64,000 nt of DNA from an uncultured virus (IMG/VR IMGVR_UViG_3300032116_000129) (lineage: Duplodnaviria > Heunggongvirae > Uroviricota > Caudoviricetes): the IMG/VR virus record IMGVR_UViG_3300032116_000129. The stretch is one strand, 5' to 3'. Shown here piece after piece: positions 27,486 through 38,025 of this stretch (its first letter is position 1; each line of letters opens with the position of its first letter). The notes under the pieces were generated by a model. The model was not told the origin of the DNA. It saw only the letters and a list, made by a program, of their open reading frames with translations, and searched no databases. The position numbers and the translations under genes were made by a program.

Positions 27486-30400
27486 TTATATTTCATACCA
27501 ATCATTAGATGGTCTAAATTTAATCATGTAGTTATCAGTTACATTGCTACCTCTAGCTACTACGTGCCCAACCACTCTTACATATCCAGATGATGGAATT
27601 GTACAGCTAAACGAATTTCCAGGTGACCCATCCGCGCTTTCAATAATGTAAACTGGTCGGCCTAATAAAGGATTTGTAATGTATACGTCAATTCCGGCCT
27701 GAGGATTTGCTGCATCGGTCATTATTAAGAAACCGTCAGTTAATACAGTTGGGTCAGCTCCTTTTCCTTGAGTATTAACACCTAAAAAGTTGATGCATGA
27801 ATTAGTAGTCTGATCTACTACTGTCCATTTGTTAAGTGTATAATCTAGATAAAGTAAATAACCAGCATCGTAGTTAGCGTCTAACGTATAGTTATTATGT
27901 ATTTCTCCTGCATAAAACGAATGTGTATCGTTTAATGCCTCAGCCCACGAATTACCATTTAATGTAGTTGTTACATTACCTATTACAGTGAATTTGTTTC
28001 TATTATCGTAAGTTGCAATTTCATTGCCAGCAATATCATATAAGCTACGATTTTCCCAATTAATACTTGGTATTGCTCCGTTTGAATCGTTTAATGCACG
28101 ATTGCCCCAATCAACGCTAACATCGCCACCTTCAAGTAAGTAACGGTTTGTCCAGTCAATACTTTGAGTTTCTGCTAATCCTAAAATACCTAGATCCCAA
28201 TCTACTTTTTGTACATTATTAACTTTTAATTTATACTGTGCAGTGTCAATTGCACTTGAAGTAACGTGGCCAGTTAACGATCCAGTAAACGATGCCGATA
28301 CTGATTGTGCAGTAACAGATGCTGATACGTTTACTGATCCAGTTACCGTAACGTTTTGATTTAATCTGTTAACAAACGAAGCTGTGTTGGCAAATGAGGC
28401 AGATGCCACACTTCCTCCATAGAAAGAAGCTGTGCTAGCAAACGAAGCTGAAGTAACACTTCCTCCATAGAAAGATGCTGATACTGCTTGAAGTACGTAT
28501 GATGCGGTAGTTGCTAAAGTTGATACTGATGACGTTAATGCAAATGAAGCTGATGTAACACTGCCGCCGTAATACGATGCCGTTTGTGCTTGTATTGCCC
28601 AACTTCCTGTACCTTCTAATGAAGCTGTTATACTATTTGCTGAAATAGTACCACCAACCGTTAACGTATTTGTTAGTGCATTATACGTTATACCTTGGTG
28701 ATCAACATATATTGGTGATGTGTCATATCCGCCGGCCACTCCAGGATCTAACAAGGCTACTCGATGAAATCCATTACCAAGACTTCCACTACCAGCTTGT
28801 GATTGCGATACTGTTAATGCTATTGATGATGTTAAAGCTTCTGCTGCAGTAAGTCTGTCAATAGTATTCAAAATACCGCCACTGCTATGACGTAATGAAA
28901 GAGTAGTACCAGAATTAGATAAACTAGCGCCTAATGTAGTTGAGAATGAAGCTGTTTGAGCAGTTCGCACAAAGCTAGCAGTTGCTGCAAATGAACTACT
29001 TAATACTGACATTGAACTTGTACTTGCAGTTAGTACATATGGATTTAACATTGAAGCAGTAACGCTATTTGTTACATAGCTTGAAGTAGCTGATGTTAAA
29101 TTATCTACTTGCGTTTGAATGGATCCTGTAAATGTATTCAATGCCGATATATCAGTGGCAGAACTAAATCCAGAGGCGGCTACCGAAGCTGATATAAAAT
29201 TAGGACTGATATACGAAGCGGTTACAGCATACGATGCAGATATAACACTGCCATTATAATACGACGCGGTGCTAGCATAACTCGCAGACAAAACAGTCAT
29301 AGAGCTCGTTACACTTAATAAAGTATAAGGAGCTAACATAGACGATGTGATGCTATTAACTACGTAACTAGAGGTAGCTACGGCAAGATTATTTACCTGA
29401 TTTTGTATTGATGAAGTAAACGCATTAAACGATGCAGTGCCTACTAATGCTGATGTATCTACGGTAGGAACGTTGAGAGCATAAGATGCTGTTAATGCGT
29501 ACGAACTGCTTAGTACGCTCATTGAGCTCGTTGCACTATTCAAGACGTAACTTGAAGTTGCTGCATTTAAGTTATTAACTTGATTTTGAATCGAAGACGT
29601 AAATGCTAGTATTGAAGCACTAAAATTATTTAACGGTCCTAAGTAAGTTGCAACATCTCCAATGTTTGCTACAAAAGCCGTTGATGATGTAGTGTACAAT
29701 TGTCCAGTTGTCGTATCAATGGTAATAACACTATCAGCAATGTCTTGCGACAATCCTGTCATAAGGACGTCTTGCGTTAATCGAACTTGATTGTTACTAT
29801 ACTCTAGTAGCGTTGTAGAAGATTCGTCACGAAGCTCTCTACTATTGTAGTTAATTGATGGTATGTTTAGATTGTCATATAATACTCTGTCAGCCCAGTC
29901 AATACTGGTGTTTGTGTTAAAGTCGTATAATCGACGTATTCCGGTTGATGTTTCAATTGAAACTATCGAATCGGAGTCGTATATTGTTTGGTTTCCGTAA
30001 AAATTATTACTTCCAGTGGTAGCAAATGCTGATGGATCAATTGCATTAGGAGTGAATGCACTTGAAGCTGTGTAGTATAATTGGCCCGTTGTGGCATCAA
30101 TTGATACTAGATAATTTTGTGATGATTCTTGCAATCCTGTAAACTGTACAGAACCAGTTGTCACTAAATTTCCGTTTATAGTAGCGTTCCTTGTTGTCGT
30201 TGATCCTGCTGTTTGGTTTAATGATCCAGATACTAGTACACTTCCTGTAAATTGATGAGTATCTAAACTACTAGATCCAAATTTGTTAGAACCAGTTGCA
30301 TGAAATATCTCAATAATAGTTGTTGTAGATTGAGTAACAAACGTTTGGGCAGTAAAGGTACCTGACGTGTATATGTTAGGTAACTCAATAGCTCCGGCCG

Positions 30401-32078
30401 GTGTTGCCGATATTTTAGCTAACTCATTACCTGAGTCATCTACAAAGTGAATAGAAGATGAACGAACCCAGATTCTATTCCATGCTGCAGTTGGTGATCC
30501 TAATTCAAAAGAAGATGTTAGTGTTGCATCTGCGTTTGGTATAATTGATCCGCTTATGTAAAGCGATCCTGATATTGTAACAGTTCTAGCAGTAAAGTTG
30601 CCTCCTATTAAAGGATTACCGGCTGTGTTTGCAATGTATAGTTGGTTATTCACTACTGTCTTTGCACCTCCACCAGATATAGCAGGTCCGGCATTGTATC
30701 CGATAAAGACGTTTCCTCTACTTGATGATATGTATCTTCCTGCACCATATCCAATTGCAGTGTTGTTATTCATATCGTTTAACAACGCACCTGCAGTTGC
30801 CCCTTCAAGAGCATAGTATCCAATAGCAACGTTACCACTACCTGACAACAACCTACCTGAATAGTATCCAATGGACGTATTATCGCTCCCAGAAGCGTAG
30901 AATAGTGCACTACTGCCTATAGCTACGTTGTTGGAACCAATCACATTTCTAGTTAATGCTGCATACCCAACTACCGTATTGTCGTTACCAGTAGAGCTAA
31001 ATTGCGATGAGTTATCTCCAATAGCTACGTTTCGTACTCCGGTGTTTGCGTTGCCAACTACACCTTGTAGCGCCTTGTACCCAACCGCTACACTAGCTGC
31101 AGTTATCATAGTGCCGGTGTCAGTGGGATACTGATTTAACATTGCTGACTCACCGATTGCAACAACTTGCTGAACTCGTTTTGCGTTTTGTAGCGCAACT
31201 CGACCGATAGCTACTACGTCATTTGATTGAGAAATAAACTGGCCAGCTCTGTTTCCTATGATTGAGTTTCCAGAACCCACCTTAAGCTGCTCAAGGGATT
31301 GATATCCAAATGCCAAGTTTTGACCAACTGTACCCGCATTGAACATGGATCGATATCCGATTGCCATGTTGAAATCTCCATTTACGCCACCACCATTACC
31401 ATACAAAGCTTGGTATCCGATAGCCACTGATAATCGAGCTCCGGTTGATCCAGCAGACTGGTACATGGCTTGGAATCCAATTGCTGCATTTCTACTACCA
31501 GTCATAAACCTTCCAGCTTGGTATCCTATACTAGCATTACCCCAATCATTCTCTGCCACTGACGATGAAGCAAACTCCATAGCACCGGCTCCAATTGCTG
31601 TATGAAATCTCTCTACACGAGGACTTTTTAACGCAAGGTTTCCAATTGCAACGTTGCTAATGCCTGTAGTATTACTTTCTAAGGATGCTGATCCAATTGC
31701 TATGTTGGTGGATACGTTACCACCTCCTAAAGATATAAAAGTTCCGTTAATTGATCCAGATACTCCTAACGAGCCAGTTACGCGTAAACCAGAACCTGAT
31801 ATTAATAGCGATCCCGTAATAATTGCACTACCTGAGAATGGGAATCCGGTTCCAGAACCTCCCCCTGCACCAAATCCTGAGGCAGCTGCTGATGCTGATA
31901 CGAAGGTTGGAGATATATAGGATGCTGAGATTGCTAGATTAACGTATGATGCTGTTAATGCGTAGCTTGCGGATCCTAATAACGATCCAGTGATACCGCT
32001 AGATATACTTAACGATCCAGTTACTTGCGAGTCTCCTTTTGAATGGAAACCATTCTTAATTACAAATTCATTTGCCAT
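27486..32078 (-). CDS. Long fibre protein with YadA-head-like NxAIG repeats and TASYA repeats (1530 aa)
   Basis: Many N.AIG..A repeats, [IV][TS]GS repeats, IDW..R.L.D repeats near the C-terminus. Confidence 0.75.
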   Translation of the reverse strand: MANEFVIKNGFHSKGDSQVTGSLSISSGITGSLLGSASYALTASYVNLAISASYISPTFVSASAAASGFGAGGGSGTGFPFSGSAIITGSLLISGSGLRVTGSLGVSGSINGTFISLGGGNVSTNIAIGSASLESNTTGISNVAIGNLALKSPRVERFHTAIGAGAMEFASSSVAENDWGNASIGYQAGRFMTGSRNAAIGFQAMYQSAGSTGARLSVAIGYQALYGNGGGVNGDFNMAIGYRSMFNAGTVGQNLAFGYQSLEQLKVGSGNSIIGNRAGQFISQSNDVVAIGRVALQNAKRVQQVVAIGESAMLNQYPTDTGTMITAASVAVGYKALQGVVGNANTGVRNVAIGDNSSQFSSTGNDNTVVGYAALTRNVIGSNNVAIGSSALFYASGSDNTSIGYYSGRLLSGSGNVAIGYYALEGATAGALLNDMNNNTAIGYGAGRYISSSRGNVFIGYNAGPAISGGGAKTVVNNQLYIANTAGNPLIGGNFTARTVTISGSLYISGSIIPNADATLTSSFELGSPTAAWNRIWVRSSSIHFVDDSGNELAKISATPAGAIELPNIYTSGTFTAQTFVTQSTTTIIEIFHATGSNKFGSSSLDTHQFTGSVLVSGSLNQTAGSTTTRNATINGNLVTTGSVQFTGLQESSQNYLVSIDATTGQLYYTASSAFTPNAIDPSAFATTGSNNFYGNQTIYDSDSIVSIETSTGIRRLYDFNTNTSIDWADRVLYDNLNIPSINYNSRELRDESSTTLLEYSNNQVRLTQDVLMTGLSQDIADSVITIDTTTGQLYTTSSTAFVANIGDVATYLGPLNNFSASILAFTSSIQNQVNNLNAATSSYVLNSATSSMSVLSSSYALTASYALNVPTVDTSALVGTASFNAFTSSIQNQVNNLAVATSSYVVNSITSSMLAPYTLLSVTSSMTVLSASYASTASYYNGSVISASYAVTASYISPNFISASVAASGFSSATDISALNTFTGSIQTQVDNLTSATSSYVTNSVTASMLNPYVLTASTSSMSVLSSSFAATASFVRTAQTASFSTTLGASLSNSGTTLSLRHSSGGILNTIDRLTAAEALTSSIALTVSQSQAGSGSLGNGFHRVALLDPGVAGGYDTSPIYVDHQGITYNALTNTLTVGGTISANSITASLEGTGSWAIQAQTASYYGGSVTSASFALTSSVSTLATTASYVLQAVSASFYGGSVTSASFASTASFYGGSVASASFANTASFVNRLNQNVTVTGSVNVSASVTAQSVSASFTGSLTGHVTSSAIDTAQYKLKVNNVQKVDWDLGILGLAETQSIDWTNRYLLEGGDVSVDWGNRALNDSNGAIPSINWENRSLYDIAGNEIATYDNRNKFTVIGNVTTTLNGNSWAEALNDTHSFYAGEIHNNYTLDANYDAGYLLYLDYTLNKWTVVDQTTNSCINFLGVNTQGKGADPTVLTDGFLIMTDAANPQAGIDVYITNPLLGRPVYIIESADGSPGNSFSCTIPSSGYVRVVGHVVARGSNVTDNYMIKFRPSNDWYEI
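30228..30570 (-). repeat. Fibre cassette of about 110 aa, with further copies at about 35770-36115 and 32840-33170
   Basis: SGSIIPN...FELGSPTAAWNRIWVRSSSIHFVDDSG.ELAKISATP.GAIELPNIYTSGTFTAQTFVTQSTT...HATGSN.FGSSSLDTHQFTGS. Confidence 0.85.
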
Positions 32079-32110
32079 ACGTCAATCTTTTCCCTTTCCA
32101 AGATTATATT

Positions 32111-32119
32111 AATAAATAT
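32111..32119 (-). promoter_or_regulatory. Putative late promoter ATATTTATT
   Basis: Upstream of ATG 32078. Confidence 0.6.
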
Positions 32120-32126
32120 TCAAATG

Positions 32127-35100
32127 TTAAATACTTCGAATAATTGTTTTAATTGTCCAGCCACTTGATGGAGCTGTAAAATTAATTAATGCTGTTGAGT
32201 CTGTTAGAGCAGCTGATAAGTTAGCACCTGTAGTGTCGCCAATGTCGACAGTTGCAATTTCATTATACACTATATTACCATTTAACCAAGTTGCAGTCAT
32301 TTGACCTGCTCTCATATTACTAGCATTTTTTATAGTGTAGTCTAAAAATAGCGAGTCATATGATGCAGTACTTACACTATACACTGTAATTGGCGTTGTT
32401 GTACTAATTCCATATGCTGTATTATATAAAGCGGGTACTGTTAACTGACCTACAGAGAGTGAGCCGGTTATTTGAGTGTTATATGCAACCCCTACAGTGC
32501 TAGCATCGATTTGAGTAAATCCAATACCTGGATCTCCTTGCGGTCCTTGAGATCCAACGGGGCCTGGAGGGCCTGTTAATCCAACTTGACCTTGAATACC
32601 TGCAGGTCCTTGCTCACCTTGAGATCCTGACGGACCAGGAACGCCTGCTAGAGATTCAATAAAATCTTGTTCTGTACCACTATTTCCTAAACCTATCCAA
32701 GTATCGTATGCGCTAGAACCTGCTGGACCTTGCGGGCCAACTAGAGATAAAGATGAGGTATAGTACAATCTACCACTTCCAGTATTAAAAGTGATGATGT
32801 TATATCCAAAAGCAGGCTGTATATCAGAAACATACATTGCACCAGATACATACATACTACCAGTAAACTGATGAGTATCTAAGCTACTGGATCCAAATAT
32901 ATTTGAGCCAGTAGCATGGTATCGCTCTACTATTATCGTCGTTGATTGAGTAACAAACGTTTGCGCTGTGAAGGTACCAGCAGTGTATATATCCGGTAAT
33001 ATAATTTGGTTGGGAGCGGCTGATATCTTGGCTAATTCATCTCCGTTATCGTCAATAAAGTGAACACTGTTTTTAGAAAAATACGATGCGCTCCAAGGTC
33101 TTTCCGGAGTACCTAGCGTAAAGTTATTTTTTCCTGATGCATTTACTGTGGGTACAATCGATCCAGATACTGTTACAGTTCCGTTAATTTCCAGATTACG
33201 TGTGCCAAAATTTCCTCCAATCAACGGAGACATGGAGGATGTGTTGTGTATGAAAAGACGACCGCTTCCCATATTCGTGCCGAAAGTGAAAGTAGTTGGA
33301 CCACCGCCACCGAGAAAAATTGACTCTGATATGTTAGCACCAACGAAAAATCCAGCTTTATTACCAATAGCTACGTTATTGTTTGCTCCTTGTTGACCAG
33401 TATTACCGTACAAAGCTTCGGTTCCAATTGCAACGTTTCCTTGCGATCCGCCAACATTTAACAACGCGTTACTACCAATAGCAATGTTATTTGATCCAGT
33501 GCGTATAAATGATGCAGCGTATCTACCAATTGCGATGTTTCCTGACCCACTTATGAAACGATAGATATCGTAGGTAGTAGCAGAAAACCCGTATAATGCT
33601 CGCACGCCCATTGCAAGATTTTCATTACCCGTTTGTAGACCAATCATTGCATTTGCTCCAAAGGCCATGTTACCGTTACCTCGAAGTGGTGCGGTCGGAT
33701 TTCCTTGTAACGCTCGATATCCTAATGCTAAATTTTCAGATCCATGATATAAATTTCCTAACGCCTGAGATCCAATAGCGGTGTTGTATTGACCGCCTGA
33801 TCCAGTTTTAAATTGTGCAGGTACTGTGGCCGACGATGGATCTAATCCAAGAAGTGCATTAACTCCTAATGCTACATTTCCTCCTTCACCTCGGCCGGTC
33901 ATTAATACCGCGGCACCATTAGACCAACTTGATCGAGACCCTAAGAAAAATTTCATGCTACGATAGCCAATAGCAACATTTTGGTCAGAAACTCTTCGAT
34001 CAGCTGCATCACGAAAATACCAATTAACACTTCCACCGGGTTGAAGAGGCGCAGCTAAGGTTATGGTAAACGTTTGGGATGCTTTTGTGACTGTAGCTGA
34101 GTTGCTTGCAGCATCGACTGGGTCTGTAAAGGAACACGATACATTGTATGTAAATACTCCAGCTTCATTTGCAAATGACGCTCCATTCATTTGTAATTCA
34201 GTTCCACTAGCAGATCCACCAAAAGGAGCAGGTTGCCTCATACCATAGCTAGCTGATGCTGGATTACCTCCAAACGATGCTGATGCTATGGAGCCAGTTG
34301 CTTCTATATACTTTTCACCTGCGCCTAAAGCTTCAAAACCAAGTGCAAGGTTGTTACTAGAATTTGTGTTGTATAATAACGCGTTATTGCCAATAGCGAT
34401 TGAGCTGTTTGGTGTTCTTATGTAACGCATTGCTTGGAATCCAATTGCAACGCTATTTGCAGCGTTACTAGTGTCGTAGTTTGCATTGGCCATAGCTGCA
34501 TATCCAATTGCAACACTACTATAGGTACCTAATGAAGCGGACATTGCCAATGAACCAATAGCGACCATGTTTACCGCGTTAGAAGCATCATTAGCTTTAG
34601 TTGCGGCATATTGACCAATGGCAATAATTTCTGCATTTGCAGGTGCTACTCGAGCTGCATACGATCCGATAGCTATAGTTTTAGATGCAACTGTAGAAGT
34701 GTCTATAGCTGCATATCCAATGGCAATGTTTTCAGCAGCACTGGCGTTTGATAGTAGCGCCATTGTATTACCGCCAATACCAATGTTGTAGTTTGCTGTT
34801 GTTATAGCCCTTAACGAATTTCCTCCTATTGCAATAGTATACGATGCAGCTGTCGCATTTTGCATTGCATTACTAGCAATAGCAACGTTGAAGACTCCTG
34901 TTGTTCCTTTTTGACGCGAACCACTTCCTATAGATACGTTTGTTAGTTTGTCGGTAGCTGTCGATGTTGATGGACCGGTACCAATGTTAAGTCCAGCTAC
35001 AATAATATCTGCACTAGAAGTCATTGAACCTGATATCCTCAACGATCCAGTAATTAAAGCATTGCCTATGAAAGGAAATGCCGAGCCTCCTCCGCCGCCT

Positions 35101-38012
35101 GCACTTGTAATAATAACATTACCCGTGGTTTGATTTATACTTAAACCACTCCCAGCAACGTTTATACTAGAAACTCCGCTGGCACCAGCATTTAAAGCAT
35201 ATGAAGCTGTTACGGCATACGAAGCAGATAATACTGGATTAGTAGAAGTAAAAACACTTCCAGTAATGTATGAAGAGGAAACTGCAAAACTTGAAGAAAT
35301 TGATCTTGAGGCAGATACTGCAAAAGAAGCTGTAGTAGCGAAACTTGAAGTTAATGAATACGATGCAGATGTTGCAAAAGACGCACTTAACGACGCAGAC
35401 GTAAATTCAGAGTAACTAGCAGTTGTTGCATACGATGCAGATAATACGGTTAATGAGCTCGTTTGATCAGAAGTTAAGTACACTCCTGAAGGCAATGAGC
35501 CATACAAAGAGTTTATAAAATCTTGTTCAGTGCCTACGTTACCTAAATTTAACCACGACTGATATGACGACTGACCGGGCCCTCCTTCCGGACCTTGCGG
35601 CCCAGGTTCACCTGCACTTCCTTGAGCGCCTGTAGGTCCTGTAGCTCCTGTTGGACCAGCTGGGCCTATTAATGATGTTGATGACGTGTAATATAAACGA
35701 CCGTCTCCAGGATTATACGTTAATACGTTTGTACCTAGCGCCTGCTGCACGTCCGTCACATACATTGCACCAGATACTAGTACACTTCCAGTAAACTGAT
35801 GTGTATCTAAACTGCTCGAACCGAATATATTTGATCCAGTCGCATGATACTCTTCTACTATAAAAGTTGTCGATTGAGTTACAAACGTCTGAGCTGTAAA
35901 GGTGCCCGAGGTGTAAATGTTAGGCAATTCAATAGCTCCTTCAGGAGTAGCTGATATTTTAGCTAACTCTGTTCCAGAATCGTCTACAAAGTGAATGGAA
36001 GATGAACGCACCCAAATCCTATTCCAGGCCGCCGTAGGTGATCCTAATTCAAAAGATGACGTTAGTGTTGCACCGACATTTGGTATAATGGATCCGGAAA
36101 TTAAAAGTGATCCTGAGACGCTTAATCCATTAGTAATATTTGCAGATCCACTAACAATTAATCTGTGTGGGCTAGTTGCAATTACGGCACTGTCAGTCAA
36201 TCCTCCTAGGTGTACAGTACCTAATCTACTAGGAGTACCATCGGCAGTTATTCGATTAGCATAAATTAAATTACCAATGTTTAATAAATTACTTCCAGAA
36301 TTTCCAGGTAAATTAACTAAAGCGCCTATTAATATATTATTACTTGAATTGACTCCAGACGCTTGCTGATCGCCTGCTCGATATCCTAGATATGTATTAT
36401 AGTCACCAGCGACTCGAGTTGTTCCAAACCTATTACCAGTTTGTCCGCCTAAATACGTATTATACGAGCCAGTTATTCCCACTCCAGTTCTAAATCCTAC
36501 TCCAACATTATACGCTGCATTATGATTTATTATATTTAATGCCGAATCTCCGATCGCTGTATTGTAATTTAATGATGTGTCTGTACGAACAACGGTACGT
36601 AATGCCGAATCACCAACAGCAACATTGCTAGAACCAGATACGTTTTGATTAATAGCAGTATAGCCAATTGCAATGTTATTAGACCCAAATACATTAGCAT
36701 ACGCGGCTTGATATCCAACAGATACACTATTATTACCAGTTCTGTTACTATACGCTGCATCAGTTCCTATAGCTACAAAACTATTACCTCGAGTGTTTAA
36801 CGCCCCAGCTCGTACACCTAACGTTGTACCAAACTCATAAGTTAGTAACGACCTATTACCAGCACCTATTTCTAAAAGACCGGCTGTTGTATTTGGATAT
36901 CGATAAGTCCAACTAGTAGCATTAGTTATATTTTGTTGAGTTTCTGAAATTGTATCTGTATATATAACCTCAGAATTACCGGGAATAGTAGCTAGTTCAT
37001 AACAAAAGCTTACTTCAGTACCGTCAAAATTTGGAGCTGTTATACTAGCAGTAGCAGGCCGTGATCTCCAAAGTTTACGACTCGTAACACGCGCATCAGA
37101 GCTAGTAGGCACGGCAATTAATATAGCACTATTTGATTGCGTAACATCGGCGTATGGCGTAGAAGTTAATCCTTGTCTAACGTTATAATTAAATGCACCA
37201 GTTTCTCCTTCAGCTGATACAAACGTTACTTGATAAAAATATCTTGCTCTTGTATCTCCTGTTTTTAATGTTGATAAAGACGTGCCTTGCAATTGACCTG
37301 TTATTCCAATATTACCTCCGGTAGTTACAGATATACTACGAGACATGTATTGAGCTTCGGCACTTCCAGGATCGGCTACTTGCTGTAAGTTTATATTACC
37401 GCCAACATCCATTGTTCTAGTATTCACACGAGTATTATCGCCTTGACCAAAACGAACTCGTCCAGGTACGAATAACATTGTATTAGAGTTAGGTACTCCA
37501 TTAATACCGATTGACCCTGATACTAATATTGATCCAGTTACTCGTATTCCTGATCCTGATACTACTATTGAACCTGATACTACTGCTGGTACAGTTCTTC
37601 CATCATACGGAAATCCATTGCCAGTGCCACTGCCTCCACCTGAACCAAATCCGTAACTTGCAGCAGATGCTGATATAAAAATTGGAGCGATATAAGATGC
37701 TGTGGTAGCAAAACTTGCAGTACCAGCAAACTGACTAGCGCTAGAACTTGTCCATGAATTAAAACTACTAGTAGTAAGCAAACTGCCTGTGATATTACCG
37801 GAATTAATCAACACCCATCCAGTATCGTTACCAACATTAGACGTGTCGACTAAAACATATAATTCATTAGTATCTTGTTGATACATTATAAGACCTTCGT
37901 ATACCCCGTTAATTGAATAACTTAATCGTTCAGTACGATTCGCAGCAGTAAATCTAGCATCTGCTGGTTCAACGTTTGTAATTAAAAGACCTCCTCCAAG
38001 ATTTAATGGCAT
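32127..38012 (-). CDS. Long fibre protein with NxAIG repeats and collagen-like segments (1961 aa)
   Basis: Two NxAIG arrays, G-X-Y tracts, two S.Y..W..LGN.GTEQDFI.SL motifs. Confidence 0.75.
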   Translation of the reverse strand: MPLNLGGGLLITNVEPADARFTAANRTERLSYSINGVYEGLIMYQQDTNELYVLVDTSNVGNDTGWVLINSGNITGSLLTTSSFNSWTSSSASQFAGTASFATTASYIAPIFISASAASYGFGSGGGSGTGNGFPYDGRTVPAVVSGSIVVSGSGIRVTGSILVSGSIGINGVPNSNTMLFVPGRVRFGQGDNTRVNTRTMDVGGNINLQQVADPGSAEAQYMSRSISVTTGGNIGITGQLQGTSLSTLKTGDTRARYFYQVTFVSAEGETGAFNYNVRQGLTSTPYADVTQSNSAILIAVPTSSDARVTSRKLWRSRPATASITAPNFDGTEVSFCYELATIPGNSEVIYTDTISETQQNITNATSWTYRYPNTTAGLLEIGAGNRSLLTYEFGTTLGVRAGALNTRGNSFVAIGTDAAYSNRTGNNSVSVGYQAAYANVFGSNNIAIGYTAINQNVSGSSNVAVGDSALRTVVRTDTSLNYNTAIGDSALNIINHNAAYNVGVGFRTGVGITGSYNTYLGGQTGNRFGTTRVAGDYNTYLGYRAGDQQASGVNSSNNILIGALVNLPGNSGSNLLNIGNLIYANRITADGTPSRLGTVHLGGLTDSAVIATSPHRLIVSGSANITNGLSVSGSLLISGSIIPNVGATLTSSFELGSPTAAWNRIWVRSSSIHFVDDSGTELAKISATPEGAIELPNIYTSGTFTAQTFVTQSTTFIVEEYHATGSNIFGSSSLDTHQFTGSVLVSGAMYVTDVQQALGTNVLTYNPGDGRLYYTSSTSLIGPAGPTGATGPTGAQGSAGEPGPQGPEGGPGQSSYQSWLNLGNVGTEQDFINSLYGSLPSGVYLTSDQTSSLTVLSASYATTASYSEFTSASLSASFATSASYSLTSSFATTASFAVSASRSISSSFAVSSSYITGSVFTSTNPVLSASYAVTASYALNAGASGVSSINVAGSGLSINQTTGNVIITSAGGGGGSAFPFIGNALITGSLRISGSMTSSADIIVAGLNIGTGPSTSTATDKLTNVSIGSGSRQKGTTGVFNVAIASNAMQNATAASYTIAIGGNSLRAITTANYNIGIGGNTMALLSNASAAENIAIGYAAIDTSTVASKTIAIGSYAARVAPANAEIIAIGQYAATKANDASNAVNMVAIGSLAMSASLGTYSSVAIGYAAMANANYDTSNAANSVAIGFQAMRYIRTPNSSIAIGNNALLYNTNSSNNLALGFEALGAGEKYIEATGSIASASFGGNPASASYGMRQPAPFGGSASGTELQMNGASFANEAGVFTYNVSCSFTDPVDAASNSATVTKASQTFTITLAAPLQPGGSVNWYFRDAADRRVSDQNVAIGYRSMKFFLGSRSSWSNGAAVLMTGRGEGGNVALGVNALLGLDPSSATVPAQFKTGSGGQYNTAIGSQALGNLYHGSENLALGYRALQGNPTAPLRGNGNMAFGANAMIGLQTGNENLAMGVRALYGFSATTYDIYRFISGSGNIAIGRYAASFIRTGSNNIAIGSNALLNVGGSQGNVAIGTEALYGNTGQQGANNNVAIGNKAGFFVGANISESIFLGGGGPTTFTFGTNMGSGRLFIHNTSSMSPLIGGNFGTRNLEINGTVTVSGSIVPTVNASGKNNFTLGTPERPWSASYFSKNSVHFIDDNGDELAKISAAPNQIILPDIYTAGTFTAQTFVTQSTTIIVERYHATGSNIFGSSSLDTHQFTGSMYVSGAMYVSDIQPAFGYNIITFNTGSGRLYYTSSLSLVGPQGPAGSSAYDTWIGLGNSGTEQDFIESLAGVPGPSGSQGEQGPAGIQGQVGLTGPPGPVGSQGPQGDPGIGFTQIDASTVGVAYNTQITGSLSVGQLTVPALYNTAYGISTTTPITVYSVSTASYDSLFLDYTIKNASNMRAGQMTATWLNGNIVYNEIATVDIGDTTGANLSAALTDSTALINFTAPSSGWTIKTIIRSI

Positions 38013-38025
38013 TTAGTATTTTTTT

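Noticed and set aside
30228..36115. Diversity-generating retroelement TR/VR pair among the fibre repeats
   Set aside because: All copies are coding, differences are mostly synonymous and not adenine-specific, and no reverse transcriptase is present in the window.
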